Of a stretch of 64,000 nt of DNA, positions 63,411-64,000 are shown in pieces. Under the pieces are notes generated by a model, which worked only from the letters and a program-made list of their open reading frames with translations, had not been told where the DNA came from and searched no databases. Source of the DNA: Squalus acanthias. Taxonomy: Eukaryota. The stretch spans positions 2,480,001 to 2,544,000 of the forward strand of contig JASTWF010000034.1 in assembly GCA_030390025.1 (NCBI GenBank). The letters run 5' to 3'. The position numbers and the translations under genes are program-made. The stretch's first letter is position 1; every line of letters begins with the position of its first letter.

Positions 63411-64000
63411 CAATAGGAAAATACTGCGGATGCTAGAAATTTGAAATAACAACAGAAAATGCTGGAAACACTCAGCAGGAGAGGCAGCATCCGTGGAGAG
63501 AGAAACAGAGTTAATGTTTCAGGTCCGTGACCCATCGTCAGAACTGGAAAAAGTTCCAGATGTAACAGGTTTTAAGCAGGTGCAGGGACAGAGAAAGGGG
63601 GTAGCGGAGGAATGAACAAAAGGGATGGTCTATGATAGGGTGGGAGGCAGGAGTGTTGAAAAGTTGCAAATGGGTATGACAGAAACATCAACAACTGCCG
63701 CCTGAAAAAAAAGGGAACGAGGTTATGGTCTAAATTTGTTGAACTCAGTGTTGAGTCCCGAAGGCTGTAAAGTGCCTAATAGAAATATGAGGAGCGGTTG
63801 TCGATCTTACTTTGTAAGAGGCCGAGGACAGAGAGGTCAGAGTGGGATGGAACGCTGTCACTTTAATTCTCCGCTCCACTCCCACTCTGACTGCAGCTCA
63901 GGCGGCAGCTATTGATGATTCTGCCATCCACATTTGCAACATTTAAACACTCCTGCATTCCACCCTATCACAGACCATCCCTTTTATTATTTCCTCCCCT
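63411..64000. mobile_element. Fold-back non-autonomous Penelope-like element; hammerhead core on the minus strand at 63509-63545
   Basis: 63618-63705 is an inverted repeat of 63898-63985; minus strand reads agtt-CTGACGA-tgGGTC acg GACCt-GAAA-catt-aact. Confidence 0.75.

Overview
Vertebrate genomic DNA, very probably from a cartilaginous fish (inferred from the repeat families), made almost entirely of nested repeats. It contains about 15 CR1-type LINE copies or fragments, one of which has an intact 955-aa APE+RT ORF2 nested inside an older full-length CR1. There are also L2 and RTE LINEs, two Deu-domain tRNA SINEs, and a near-intact Ty3/Gypsy pol with its 3' LTR next to a 200-N gap. Penelope-like (PLE) fragments carry minimal hammerhead ribozyme cores. 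Four tandem arrays are present: 67 bp, 47 bp (derived from CR1 RT), about 15 kb of 50/52 bp, and 51 bp. Host-gene traces are limited to a promoter plus two 5' exons at about 9.3-9.8 kb within an apparent ~9.9-kb duplication, and two minus-strand first exons of GPR139/142-like GPCR paralogues at 56.3-59.4 kb. Highlights: (1) the GPCR paralogues share a conserved TATA/homeodomain/forkhead-like promoter and a triplicated TM1-splice-donor module; (2) a recurrent fold-back, hammerhead-bearing non-autonomous PLE derivative; (3) a satellite born in situ from a LINE RT motif; (4) a Gypsy RT with YLDN in place of YxDD. All family assignments come from motif recognition by eye; no searches were run, and element boundaries are approximate.
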